The translations under genes were made by a program, and so were the position numbers. The notes beneath the pieces were generated by a model, which ran no database searches, had not been told where the DNA came from, and saw only the letters and a program-made list of their open reading frames with translations. A stretch of DNA of 64,000 nucleotides from Octopus vulgaris (lineage: Eukaryota), in the NCBI GenBank assembly GCA_951406725.2, contig OX597818.1:105028001-105092000 (forward strand), in the 5' to 3' direction. Below are positions 11,151 to 25,254 of this stretch, in pieces (the stretch's first letter is position 1; each line of letters opens with the position of its first letter).

Positions 11151-12264
11151 CGTACAAGGGAGAGATATTGGTTCAGAAATATTACCCAAACGGAGGTCTC
11201 GCGAGCTGCATTTTGTATTCAGTGATCGAAAGGGTTAATAATACTATATTGTACGGTGAATCCCGACTGGTTGGGATTGATTGTTCAATCACGTCGAAGG
11301 ATGAATGTAAAAGTTGATCAAACAACTGAATCCTCATCGCCGAACGACGGAGATCAGTCACGACAAAAGTGGAAACGTAATTCAGTATTCTCAAAACGGC
11401 CCTGAAATAGACGGTACTTAAAAACGAAACCCATGGATAATTACCCGGAACTCAAATCCATGCACGAGTTCCCTACAGTAAATGATTTTAACTATGTTAT
11501 TTATTATTTACTTCAAAGGCATCCACATGCCTATCGCATTTGTTCACCTTAATACATACTGATAGACACTTAACCACTACACATTCCTCTTTTATTCTTT
11601 TTAAACACCAGTGTAACTTGATACTTATAAAAGAAAAGCTTCATATTATTCAGAACAAGGGCTAAGTGCCTGAAAACAAGAATGGGCGTTTTGAACAAAC
11701 TTATGAACATGTTTTAGATAGGCAAAGGGTTAAAATTTAATTTATTAGAAAATCTTTATCAAAGCTGTTATTCTCATGTATAAGACCTGAAATTTGTGTG
11801 GGCAAGGGGTTAGTCGATTAAACTGCCTCCTGTACTTGACTCATGATTTTATCGACTCTGAAATGATGAAGGGCAAAGTTGCAGAAATGAATCTGATCAA
11901 ACTTTAGAAAACCTTTGTCCGACACTCCAACAATTCTTTTCTTAATTACACACAAATATTAATAAAACGAAGTTAGAAACAGTTTACAATACATTTTTAA
12001 ACTTATAAGTTTAAAATTAAATTGTTATTTTCTATAGGAATTCCGTAATTTATTTTTTAATCTTCCCTGTACCACGAATTAAAATTTTTTTTTAATTCAT
12101 TACGGATGAGAAAGAATTGGAAAAAAATAGAGATAACTATCACTTGTTTTATTAATCACGAATTTCGTGGTTAACAAAATTATAAGTTTTTCAAGACGCT
12201 AAACCATTAGTATAGACTTTGTAAATCATTAAATTATATTCTTAAAAATGACTGCTCTTCTGTC

Positions 12265-12332
12265 TTTGTTTGTGTTTGTTTGTTTGTTTGTTTGCATGCA
12301 TGCATGCATGTATGTATGTATGTATGTATGTA

Positions 12333-12378
<46 letters not shown>

Positions 12379-12405
12379 CATGCATGCATGATGTATGTAT
12401 GTATA
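12265..12405. repeat. Compound microsatellite (TTTG/TGCA/TGTA/TG)n
   Basis: Directly visible. Confidence 0.95.
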
Positions 12406-14379
12406 GTAGGGTGTGATTTGACAGAAATCTGGTGGCTATTTCTAGCAAGCAGAACGACCACGTGACTAGGATTAAAATAAAACGAAAGGAAAAAAATTGG
12501 TTATCTGCTCTTCAGTAGCTTGATTACATAGTAGTCGACAGGGGACGCTGTCAGTATCTTCTTATTAGCGCAGTTTTAAGGACTGAAATTCTCAACACCG
12601 ATTGATATTTTGTTATAAACCTCTTCTAAGGTATGGCTTTTTTTGGTTGTTGAGCTTCGTATATATATATGTATATGTATGTATACTTTGTTTTGTCTCT
12701 TGCTCATTCATTACCTTTTTTTCGTTTTTTGAAATTAATCTTGTTTTGAAAGTGAAATGCTATTTGATTAAAAAAAACTAGCCATGTATATATATTTACT
12801 GCCGTACGTTACAGCTGTTTCTACACTGTACTTGTGTTTGGAATGTGTGTGTATCTATTTATATATATATATATATATGCATATATATATATAGAGAGAG
12901 AGAGGGGGGAGAAAGAAAGAAAGAAAGAACTATGTAAAATAGTGGAGAAACGGGTTAAGGTGAGGTAGCTATTTTGGACTCTGAAGTCGGGTATTAGTTT
13001 TCAATATTGAATACTATTAAAACCAATCCCCGATTTAAAGACCAAGTGAATCTACACAGATCGAGATACACAAGTCGACCGATATCTTAGAATATGGCGT
13101 TGTTTTGATTTTTGCTTTAATGAATCGATTCAGCTGACTTCTTATTTTCCTTTGTAATTATTTTTATCTGGTCTTTTGTTATTTTCATATAACCTGAACC
13201 AGCTACGTGTCTTTATTGTTGTCATTCTAATAGCTGGCTATATATATATATATATAAAGATATTTTTAAATGTAAAACTATACGGTTGTGAGATGGAAAA
13301 AAATGTATCAAAGATCCAAAGCACGCACGCAATATTGAAATATTTTAAGTGATTATATACCAATATGATTTATTATTTATCAAAACTTCCCATTCCAAAG
13401 TGTTAAATCGCAGGTCAGAAGACGAGATGTTGTAACGTTAATGGTCTTCTCAACGAAATGTTTTTAGCAATCATTGAAAGAATAATAGTGAAATCATTAC
13501 AGTTGGAAACCGAAACCCGATCTCCATATTCCATTGACCAATTCATCGCCACTTCCCTTGTTATCATAATACATTTGTGTATGTGTGTGCTCATCTCAGA
13601 AACGTCTTCATTTATTTCGCATAGTGCTATCGACTGTTGATGTGACTATTTAAAAAAAAGAAAACAAATTTCATGGAAACTTTTGATGTGAGAGGAACAT
13701 CACTATTATATTAAATCATAGAAGAATTGAATATATTTTGGCAAACGAAAATAATTAAATGGTTAAATATTTTCATTGACAGAATTGATGAGATTTCTGA
13801 CTCATAGTAATTTAGTTTCGAATTTCTACATTCTGAAATTAAATCGTTCTGATTTTATGAAAATAATCGACACTTTATAACTGGTACTTCGGGCAATTGT
13901 ACCTTTTCTGTTATTAATTACTTTGGCAATGTAAGATTTTTTTTTTTTTTTAAATTGCCTTGCAGTGTTTAATTACTTCTTTTCCGAGTTTTAATCTCGT
14001 TGGAGACTTATTTTTTTCATCTTCTTTTGGTTAGATAACGTAAGTTCCAGTTTAGATTATATATATATATATATACCTATCCCTCTTCCTTGAAATTTAT
14101 GAATTTATAGTTTTGTACCAATGTCAGAAATCATTATTATCAACCTTCAGTCTACCAACATTCAAGATCCACAACATTGTATTGTCAAATTTCTTAAATT
14201 CATTGATGTATAGATCAAGACTAGAACTATCATCTAAAATTTCAGATTATATATATATATATATATGTGTGTGTGTGGCATTCCTATACAGTACTTGAAA
14301 TGTCTTTGGTGAATGATCTTCGTTTTGCGTCATTGTAATAATTTTCTCATGAAACCTAATGGCAGCCTAGGAAAGTTGA

Positions 14380-15200
14380 CATTTACCGAATGCGCGCTCA
14401 CACACATATATAGTCCGATTAAAGCTAAGCAGGCCGAAACTTCGAAGTCACTGTCACCATCGGCTCATATTAAGAGAAATACTTCTCGAACAATCGATTA
14501 TGGTAACAAAAGTTGACAAAACGTAAGGTGGAAGTGAGAGATAATGGGGTTTCTATTCGACTACTGGGCAGTAAGGTATGGCTTGAATTAACCGCGATAC
14601 AGAATAAACAGTCTCTCTTCTCGCAAGTATTTGAACCAAAAACAATTCTATTTCATTTCTGCCCTCACAAATAACTCATTGTGTGGTCGGGATAAATTTA
14701 ATACTCCGTTAAGATTCACTGATTGTTAACTGATTTTTTTTTTTTTAATGAACTTCTTTTTCCTTATTTGTTAGATTTGAAGTTTGTGTAGTACCTGCCA
14801 TTTTTTTTTTTTTTTTACCTGTCTAATACATAAAAATTACTGTTTAACTCCCTCTCTTTCTCATACTCTATCTATAATCTAGAGCTTCATGTAAGAAACT
14901 CCAATTATCTCTATGTGCCCACCATCATCATGTCATCGTTAAATGTGTGTGAGCGTATATATCCTTGGATGGTCAGTTTGCCGTCAAATGGCAGTTATTG
15001 ACAAAATGGCCCTCTTACGATACAACACCATCTGTTTCGACATACGATTTCACATCAACAACCTTGCAAAATAGATACAAAAACTATGTGTCTGTGTGTT
15101 CCCTTGAGCGCCATTTTAGGTAATACTGACTTCCCTGCTCTTAGCGGAAGAGAAAGTACATGCCCGCCTGTCTTTGAACAAGTGTATAGAGAATTGTCTG
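14380..15200 (+). promoter_or_regulatory. Candidate SKP1 promoter / non-coding first exon region
   Basis: Non-repetitive, CpG-retaining stretch with YY1-like motifs (AAAATGGC ~15003, CGCCATTTT ~15109), ETS-like GGAAGTG ~14530, and donor-like sites AAG|GTATGG (14576) and TAG|GTAATA (15120). The SKP1 ATG sits directly after an acceptor, so an upstream exon is expected. Confidence 0.3.
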
Positions 15201-16440
15201 TGGTTGTTCTTGATATATTTATATTTCTTCTGCGACTGCTGAATCTCTTCGTTTTCTTAAACCGTTTGTAACAAGATCATTTCCAGATTTAGCATTGAGT
15301 CAGTTTCACAGTTAAGAGATCAAAACGGAACGTTGTCGAGACTAATAAAATAAATACCACTTGATACTGGTTCGAATTTGTTTCGGTCGGCTACGCTTGT
15401 ACCTTCTAAGTACTTAAATCAGACTATATATATTTTTTTTTTAGAGTTTATACTAAACCAAATTTACATTTGTATAGTGTATGTTTAGCCCTAGGTCAGT
15501 CCTGATTGAGCAGACCGATGAGCGAAAGTGATGTGGAAGTTGGAGTAATCTAGGAATACGTTATCTAATGTACCTTTTCCTTTTTTTTAACACCATTGTG
15601 GGGGAATATGTGGGTCGTTTTTAACTGTTGTTTCTAGCTGACGGATCGACTACATTGAGGTTCCCTTGTTGCCTCGCATATATATATATGTTAACCAGCA
15701 TTGGTACTAGTTAGTTTTGCTTCTCCCAATTTGGCACTGAGTTTCCATTTATTAAAACTGCGCTTCCTTGCTCATAAAAATAATTTAAATCATAGCTGTT
15801 ATTTGTTTTATTTAACTTCCCTCTCTCCCCTACCTGTAATACAAACACTATAAAAGCTGGCAATTATTTGAATTGTGAAATATTGGAAGGGAAACTATAG
15901 AGATTTTGGCTATTCTCACTGGAGCTCTTCTGTTAGTGTTACAGAAATTCATGTTATTATTATTAATTATAATTTTCACTTTGTTTTTGCGAGATAAAAT
16001 TAAAGAAAACAATTCGTGCTAGAAATTATACAGGTTACAACACGTACCTCTAACGTGTGTCGTCATACTTTTTTTGTTTGTACACTACTCCACGTTTGAC
16101 AGGACACGCTGTATGTATAGTTTGTTTAATGTTTATCATGTGTGTACGTACACACACATATATATTGCTAAGGAATCTCGTGCCTTTGTCATTCTAGCGT
16201 GAGTGAAGTATTTTCTTTGTCGACAGTGAATATCGGGTGGGATATTTATTTTCTGTCTGATCGACATAATTGTTACTTGAACTAGTTTGACGTTTTATTG
16301 TGTCCAGGGAGAGCCAACACACGAATTCACACAAAAAAATCTTGCAAACCAGATACAAAAACGAAGTAGTTTGAAATTTCTGAGGAAGAAATAATCAGTT
16401 ATAGTGATCATTGAGTACTTGACTACTGGTACTTTATATT

Positions 16441-17984
16441 CAGTGATTCCCAACCAAAACTCATGACCCCACCCCTTGGAATCTTTCATTTATCTGTGGG
16501 GTCCCATAGACACTTTTGTGAGGAAAAAAAAGTATTTCAGTTTGTAAGCAATGGTTAATCACAGAAACAAATCACTTTTGTAAAAATTATAACCATTTGA
16601 CAAAATTAGTTTTATAATCAGGAAATATATTTCTATGAATATTAAGAATTGATCATTTGTAATGAAAACAATTTTTGATCAAAAATTTATAATATACATT
16701 TTTAAAAATGTTTTTCAAAGGTGACCCATTTTCCACAATTTAATCTAATAAACTCTATAAAAATATCAGTCTATTAATCGTACATTTATGCTCTATAACT
16801 TTATTTATCAAAAGCTAAAATATTTAGCGATTTCAATAAAACAGCTATTTATAATCATACATTGTGTGTGTAAAACATGCATAAAAATTTTCTGACGTAC
16901 AGAAAATTTAATAACTTCTAAAGAACAAAAATTGCTTTATGAGCACAAATGCAAAATCCTTTAGTAAAATAAATAAATAAATAAATATATATATATATAC
17001 CATATTACCATTTTTTTCTTTTCTTTTTTTTTTTTTACCATATTCATTCGGTGAAATTCTTTGTAGCTGATGCAGTTGTGCAAGTTTTATAGTTCCAGGG
17101 TCTTGTGGTTGTTAGAGACAAAGATCATCTCCACTTACATTTTCTAATTGATTGCAAACTATTGACGGTAGGAAATACACTCAGCTAAAACCTAAACTAA
17201 CCTGAGTAAGAAGTTAGTGGGGAAGGGCAATGAAATATAATTTTACTCCCCTGTTCAAGCAATAATAATTCTGTATCAGTTTCACTATTTGTTCCTAAGT
17301 TATTGAGTCCATAATTAAACTTCAGTTAAGTTATTCTGCAAATCAGTAAGGCTTTCTTGTAGTCAGATATCATCAGCTGCATTTGTCCCATGTAAATCTA
17401 CCTTGGAATGTTCATTGCCAGATCATCTTTAAACCTAGGTTCCATATCATTGTGCAGTTTCTTCATCTTCAATGGGCACTAAAATATCATTGTCTTACAG
17501 CTCCTCTTCAGTAATATGGGTAGGTTTTCAAGGAAAGCACTGGTAACTTCTTTGCAAATTAAAGGGGTTCTTTTTATCTTTCTTTCTTTCTTTTTGTAGC
17601 TGTTTGTTCAGCAAATTTAGCTCCTTGAATATATATGAAAGGTAGGATATGCCACATTTGGTTGCTAGGATTTCCTCTCTAAACTGCATACCATTCAGAA
17701 ACATTACAATGTTGTCCCAAAGTTATTACCTTAGAGATTGCCACCAGATGTATGAACTTCAAAAGCAGTAACCTATTTAATTCATACAAGGCATTCCAAA
17801 GCCAACTTGTTGCTTTATTCACTAGTAATAAATTTTCAAACATTTTTGTTTGTTTTTTATGTCATAGCAGTACTTAAGATATAGAAAATGCTTGTATGTG
17901 AGCATGTATGTTTTGTGTGTGAATTTTAAAGATAGTTATGTGGTCCCACTGAACTTTGCTATGGACCCAGGTTGAGAAAAGCTG
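16441..17984. mobile_element. Old hAT (Charlie-like) DNA transposon relic
   Basis: Ends CAGTGATTCCCAACC ... GGTTGAGAAAAGCTG form degenerate hAT-type TIRs; TSD degraded. Confidence 0.45.
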
Positions 17985-18142
17985 TTTTACATTGTGGAAG
18001 GCAAAGATGAGGTCAGTGTCACTTCTGCAGTCAATAGAATTGATTTCTTCCTCACTCACAGTGGGTTGGGGTGTGTCTTAGAAATCAGTATTTCAAATAC
18101 TGAATATTTGTTGTTACATTAAAGTTGTTTTCTTGTTAATAT

Positions 18143-19155
18143 TGTTACATATCCCACCTGCCGTCGCTCAAACTCTTCGGAAACCCGGGACCCTACCAAG
18201 TCGAGCGACGACGATTGCACCGGCCCAGTCGCTCGGGGAATTCGCCACGGAAAGAGAGGACTCGGTGGGCGAAGGTAGCAGCGAACCCGGCAACCGGAGA
18301 GAACAACAACAACAGCAGCAGGAAGAGCTACAGAGAGAGACGGCGGAAGGCAATTGGCTTACGTTTAACAACAGTTTATGACAATCATTACAACATCAAA
18401 GAAAATACATGCAAGAAAACAAAGAAACAACAAATCAAAGCATGCAGAGACAACAGTTCAAATCAAATAATGTTTTTCTCTTTCTTTTTCAACAGTCTTT
18501 AACACAACTCAACGACACAGTTCTTTTCACAATCTCATTTCTTTTACATTTCTCTTTTCCTTAATTCAGAACTTCTTCCTTCTCTCTTTTTTTTACACAT
18601 CAATTCTTTTTCTTTAACAACTCTTTTTTTCACCACGTCAATTCTTTTTCTTTTACATTTCACATCAAAATACAACAACCAAAAGACACAAACAAAACTT
18701 TACCGAACGTTTCTTTCCAGTCTGCAACAATTTCAGAAACTACTACCATAATAGCCACTGCCTTCTATCCGCCGTAATCCCTCTCTCTCGCTCTCAGTCC
18801 TCTCACTGCCTGTCTGTCTTTCTCAACGATGTAGCTGCCTTTGCCATCGCCACCTTCTTGGCTGACCGTCCGTATCACTCCAGTATCTGGCCAAAACTGC
18901 CGGCCGACTGCCTACAATCCCAATTGCCGATTCCAACTGACCGCCAAACTCCCAGCGCATCGCGTTTTAAAGGGGTGGTTTCTCGAACTTTCTTTGACCG
19001 GAACAAGGCCAAAGGTCTCCTCCGAATACATAAACCTCCCCAAAAACCGACAGGACAAAAGATCTACCCGTCTCCCTGACGCCAGATCACAAAAGTAGGT
19101 CGCAGCACTCAGCCTCCGAACTGACTTCCATATCAATATGATAGTGGCTAGAACA
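18143..19155. mobile_element. Putative solo LTR-like element (~1 kb)
   Basis: TGTT...AACA termini bound a sharply GC/CpG-richer block with no credible ORF; no convincing TSD. Confidence 0.4.
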
Positions 19156-20717
19156 TACCCTTGTCATTTGTCCATGCATTAGCGTTTTCTTGCAGTCTTT
19201 ATACTTCAGGGGCCTCTATTCCTTGGAACTTGTACCTCCATCACTCATGCTCCCTCCACCTCTTGTTACTCTTGGTACATCCAAGTCTTTTCGACCCCAC
19301 TATTTTCATTATACTCAGTCCCTTCTTCCCAGAATATCAGCTTTCTAGAATCTTCTTCTTGGTCATGTTTTTCCTACAGTTGTTCACCTGCAGTATTTTA
19401 AATGATGTATTAACATCAAGCTCACTGGTCTCAGGGGAACTTGCAGGGATCAGGGGCATTTCCATTTCCTCCACTCAACAAGTAAAAAGAGAAAACAAAT
19501 CTAATAACTTGATCAGTATTACCAAACAGCATATCCATAGTCATATAATCAGCGACTTTCTTGGGGCACATGTGAGCTGAGAAAATGGTTGAGTACCTAA
19601 GATATCAGTGAATATGTACAGGAGAAATATTATATACTGATTGGTTCTTATGAAGTGATTGTATGACACACGAATAAAAAAGTATTTTCTTATAATGGGA
19701 GAGATCTATGACGAGTTAGGCCTCACAAAAGATAACTTGGAGTTGGTAGGAATGGTGATGTGATCTATTACAGATGTGGAAACATTTAAAATGATGGACA
19801 TTATACCTGTGTAAATTAAATAATAAAGAACAGTTTTAACTGGTGACTGAGGTGAAAGTATCCCAGCATACAAGCTAAATAGTCAGCAAGTTGTCACATG
19901 TTATCCATGCTGCTGCATTTAGTCCATGGCTTTACATAGACTGCATTTAGTCTATGGATTTACTTTCCACCATAAAGTAAAAATACCTAGCATGGAAAAA
20001 AATAAAAGCAGCTGAACTCAAAACCCTTCTTGAAACCTGAAGCATGCAATGTGGCATTTGTTTCTTACATTTTTGTTGAGTAGCCCCATGAAGAGGAAAT
20101 GTTTAGTGGTCTCTTAACAATCCAAAGCTTACAAGTAAAGCTTATAAGAGTATTAGTAAAAGTATTAGTTAATGGTGATATTCTGTGGTGGTAGGTCAGG
20201 TCATTAAGTAGTTATGCAGGTAGTTAGTGAACTATAGTAAACATGACACACTTATCTGTTCCATATATACCATATCTTTATATGGTTGAGTATATCTATG
20301 GCAGGCAGATTGTCAGTAGCCAATAGATGTGACTCACAGATCTGTTGTGTCAGATTTACCATTCTTCTGATTGGCAGAAAACCATACCGTGCATTTTGAC
20401 CTGCAGTTGTGAATTGTATTGAATGTGTAACAGTGTGAACTTGCACTCTTTATGTCTGTTGGTATTCTTCAACTCTAGGTTGATCCTGATTAAATAGACC
20501 TATAATAAAAAGCATTCCAACCAGAGATATCGCAACTTTTTAGAAGTATATCTAAGGTTATTTATCTACCGTGTCTTTTCCCCCTTCAGTCAGGTGTGAT
20601 AGATTTTGGTGGTGGCTATAGTGGAGGCAGGTAAAGTGAACTCCGACTGAATGTGACAGTTATTTCTTTGCACCAACATTGGTGGTGTGGTGGACATCCC
20701 TGCATTGTCTTCGGTGT

Positions 20718-21062
20718 TTAAGTTAAGTTAATTTTTTGGCTCAAAAAGCAAGGCCATGTAGGGGGACATGGAATTATGTACAGCGAGGGTCTTCATGCGA
20801 AGAGTTCAGGCCATTTCTGGTTAAGAGAGACTTTGAACCGAGCGGTCCTCTGCATCTTCACTATCTTGTCCGGCAGCTTATTCCACGGAGAAAGCCCCTC
20901 TCCTTCGATTGAGATGAAATCGTCACAAATAGAGCTTTTCGGAGTGACCCCGCAGCCGACACTCTGGAGCAGGAGTGAACAACAGCTCTTTCGAGAGGTT
21001 ATACTTTCCGCTTATGATGTTGTGAGCAAGAATGAGATCACCACGGCGGCAGCGTTTGATAC
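20718..21062 (-). mobile_element. Short CR1/L2-group LINE-derived element with (TTAAC)n-type tail
   Basis: (TTAAG)n run at 20718-20732 next to a LINE-like 3' end (GGAATAAGCTGCCGGACAAGATAGTGAAGATG on the minus strand); CpG-rich body. Confidence 0.45.
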
Positions 21063-21108
21063 TGCAGTTATTCCTGTCTTCTAGTGTTTCAAGGATGTTG
21101 TTCTAGAG

Positions 21109-21406
21109 TAGGGCTTTTCAACCATTTTTTATCTATGGACACCTTTGATTGCTATTTTATTCTGGTGGACCCCATAGCCATTCGATGTTTAAAAGCTAGT
21201 CTTATAGAAACTTCATTCGAAGTTCCTAATTTGTTTTTCACACACTAACTTGTGTAGGTTGAACTATGTAAAATGTTAGAGAAAGAAACCTAGTTATTTC
21301 TTGCAATGCATATATCTGAAGTAAAATTCTTTCAGGGGCCCTTAAAATACTATTGTGGAGATTCAATTTACTATTTTGTTACATGGACCCTGGTTGAGAA
21401 CCACTG
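21109..21406. mobile_element. hAT-Charlie-like MITE
   Basis: TAGGGCTTTTCAACC ... GGTTGAGAACCACTG ends. 8-bp TSD TTCTAGAG (21101-21108) / TTATAGAG (21407-21414), matching the nTCTAGAn preference. Confidence 0.75.
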
Positions 21407-21934
21407 TTATAGAGTGTTTTAAAATAATTTTGTAAGTTAAAATTTTGACAAATGATTTGTGCATTTTCATGCATTTCACAATTGTTCAGAAAAATAGCTT
21501 TATCAGATCTTAGTCTATATCTGAAACTTACTTATGTGGCATCATCCTACTAAACTGTTTGATAATGTATATGTGTGTGAGTATATATATATATATTATA
21601 AAAGTATACAGTCTTTTCTTTTTACCATTTTATATTTGCTTTCCTTATTTTCTTAAGCTTTGCCAGCCCAAAGTATTTTCATAAGATTGTCTTAAATATC
21701 TATGTGTTTTCATATTTTAAGTTTGCCTTTGTTTCATACATTCTGAATAATATGAAGTTTTCCTTTCATAAGTTCTAAGTTACACTGGTGGTTGAAAAGA
21801 AATGGGGAATGTACATCATTAGATACAATAGACAGGCAAAGGCTTAAACTGCTGCAAATTTACATGTTTTTTACAATGTTAATATCCATTTGTATTTTAG
21901 GCTTTACAAGTGTAATACATATGTATTACAGTTC

Positions 21935-21974
<40 letters not shown>

Positions 21975-22085
21975 TTACATATTTCATGTTATTTGTACCA
22001 TTGGTGGCATCCTGTACTCATATATGCATGTATATATATTATTATTTAATTGAGTGCAACGCATCCATTTCCAAGTATATATATG

Positions 22086-22119
<34 letters not shown>

Positions 22120-22153
22120 AACATACATTCTGTTTAATTATTTTTATTCCTAG

Positions 22154-22336
<183 letters not shown>

Positions 22337-22564
22337 TAATGCTGCTGCTGCTGGCACATATATTGATTATATTCTCATGAAAGTCATAAATTGAGAAAAC
22401 CCATGATTTACTATGCAATTTGGAGGCTTTCCTGTAAATAAAGTATGTCTTGCCAAGAAGATCTGGTATAGCCAGTTAAACTAAGTTTATGGAAGCTGTA
22501 TATGTGTGATTTCAATTGCCAAATGGAGAAGTTAAGATATGCTTCCTCACACAAATATGTTTAG

Positions 22565-22773
22565 CCCTTTAGCATTTAAGCTTGTCATATCCAGTCCAAA
22601 TATTCTACCTGTTCTCTGTTCAAACTGGCCAGATCTGACATCTCTAATCTACCTTACAATGTAATTCTAAAATTAAACAATCACATCAATGAAACCTCAA
22701 AGCAGTGAAATAATGCATGATTAATATAAAACGATGTGAATAAATAAGCATTACATTTGACAATGTTAAAAGG
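22565..22773. mobile_element. piggyBac-like (TTAA) MITE copy
   Basis: CCCTTTAGCATT ... TTAAAAGGTTAA; body homologous to 25052-25254. Confidence 0.6.
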
Positions 22774-24816
22774 TTAAATCAGTATCATTATCTGTCTGGC
22801 ACTTACTAATCCAGATGAAGTGAAATACAAGCAATGAGTATGTGGAATTGAACTCTGAACATTGTTTTTGAACTTTTCCTATATGTGGCTTTCCCGGATG
22901 GAATCTGGCTTGTTCTTTGATGAGAGGCCATTCAAAAATGGGTGCGGTCCTATTTAGAAGTAATTCAAAAAGCTTTTTGCTTGTGATACATTTTGTTTCA
23001 TACATGGTTTTGAAACAATGATTAGCTTGGCTTTACTTCCACACCTCTGGTATTTTATGTCTTAGGAGACAACTGTTAAAGAGTTTGAGCAACTATATTT
23101 GTCTCCAGTTGAGAATTTTTTTAGCTCTGTGTGAAAACCTATTGCTTTTCCTTTGTTTAGATTATCAATAATTGTTTCAAGTTCTTTGTGGTAAAATTCT
23201 TGTTAAACTGCATTTACAATCAGAATAATTATCCTTCAGTTAGATATTTTCTGTTTTGTTATTTAGTCCTTTATCATTTGTAAGTTGAATATTTTGGCTT
23301 GCATTTCTGTGACCATCACCTAGTTTTTGTATGAGGTGTCTTGATCCTGTCTTTAAGAAATCTGCTTCACAACCTCTTGGTTCCCGGTTCAATCCCACTG
23401 GTTGGCACCTTACGTAAATATTTATATTTTTATACACTCAATGCATACATTTGTGAGTCTAGATGTGTAGTCATATGAACAAACCTGGGGTTAAATTTTT
23501 TTTCCTGTTAGGCAACCCAACTGCATAAATCGATAGTTAAAACATTGCCTCACAGCATTTGTTTCAGTTCTCTGTGTTTTGAGTTCACATCCCACCAAAG
23601 TCAACTTTGTCTTTCATCCTTTCTAGGTCAATTAAAAAGTGTACCAATCCAGTACAATGAATTGGCAGAACTGTAGGACCATTGAACCAAATGTTTCTGT
23701 CCCTCCACCACCTTTCATAGTAATCATAGTTTCTAACTAAGGCCACACCTTTGCTGGTGGGGCATGGATAATCAGTATTAGATTGACTGCTGTAGTTGAT
23801 TGGTATTTAATTTCAATACCTCCAGAAAGATGAAAAGGAATATGAACCTCACCTGGATTAGGAGTCCAAACATAAAGGTGTGTGACTATATTCTGCAAAG
23901 TAATTTATTATCGTTTATTTTGCCGTCAACCACTCTTCTGTTACCATAATCTTAATAGTAATTCTAACTTTGACATCATAAGGCCAGCAATTTTAGCAGC
24001 AGGGGATTAGTGGATTACATCAACTACACTACTTGTACATCTGAAAGAATGAAAGGCAAAGTTAACCTCAGCAGGATTTGAACTCAGAATATATATATCT
24101 ACATGTATGTCTTTGATTGTCCCCTACCACTGCTTGACAACCAGTGCTGGTGTGTATATGTCCCAGTAATTTAGCAGTTCGACAAAAGAGACCAACAGAA
24201 AAAGTTGTAACAGGCTTTAAAAAAAAAAGTACAGAAGAAATACCACTAAGCATTTTATCCAATGTGCTAATAATTCCACCATCTCGCCACCTTAATAATC
24301 TTTAATCTTTTACCTGTTTCAGTCATTAGGCTGCAGCCATGCTGGGATACCACCTTGAAGTATTTTTACTTGAATGAATCTACTCCTATACTTCTGACCT
24401 GTGCCAAGTCAAAATACTGTAAATAATTAGAAAGTGGGATTAAATAAATACTTAACTCAAATGTTATAAAATTACATTAGTATAAAATTGTCTAGTGTTT
24501 TAAGTTCAACGCCATCATTGACATATATGTTTTGGAAGTTTTTATAAACTACCAACATGTTAGCTGTAATGTTGGTTTTCGGTATTATGTAAATTAATAG
24601 AAATTAAATATACGGGTAAGAAATTAATAGAAATTAAATATACTCTTCATATACAATCTCACAATGAACAAAGATATATATATATGAAAAAATAAAAAGG
24701 CTCTCAACCGAACTAGTTTTAATAATCATTTGGATCTCTTCAGCACCAAGCTACCTTTCTCTGACTTTCTACAACAACATTGTTTTTATTGCTATTATTG
24801 TTAGTGAGTGTATTAA

Positions 24817-25254
24817 CCCTCTAGCATTTAACCCTTTCGTTAATGTAGTTATTTTGATATGCTCTGTGTCTTTTTCAATTACTTTAAATGTAACAAAGAA
24901 TTTAGGAAAATAACCTAGTTATTCAGCTAGTGTTAGGAACATAAATTGTGACTAAGGTTTGGTGGAAAATTTTAATTCAAAACTTATGAAAACAAGACAT
25001 TTGTACTCAGAACCCAATTGGTTTCAGCTAGGTTGGTAACGAAAGGGTTAAACCAGCCATATCCAACCAAAATATTCTTGTTATATGTTTGAAATGGCCA
25101 GATCCAGCCTCTCACATGGACCCTACAACATTAGCCTAAAAACTGTACAATCACATCATTGAAATCTGGAAGCTACAATATAATGTAGGATAAATTCAAG
25201 ACATTGTAAATAAATAAGTGTTACATTTGACAGAATAATTTGAATGCTAAAGGG
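24817..25254. mobile_element. piggyBac-like MITE containing a second, nested TTAA MITE (24832-25047)
   Basis: Outer TTAA|CCCTCTAGCATT ... AATGCTAAAGGG. Inner TTAA|CCCTTTCGTTA ... TAACGAAAGGG|TTAA. Confidence 0.8.

Noticed and set aside
18133-18502. PolyQ-containing ORF
   Set aside because: Short CAA/CAG microsatellite inside an LTR-like block; no splice or homology support.
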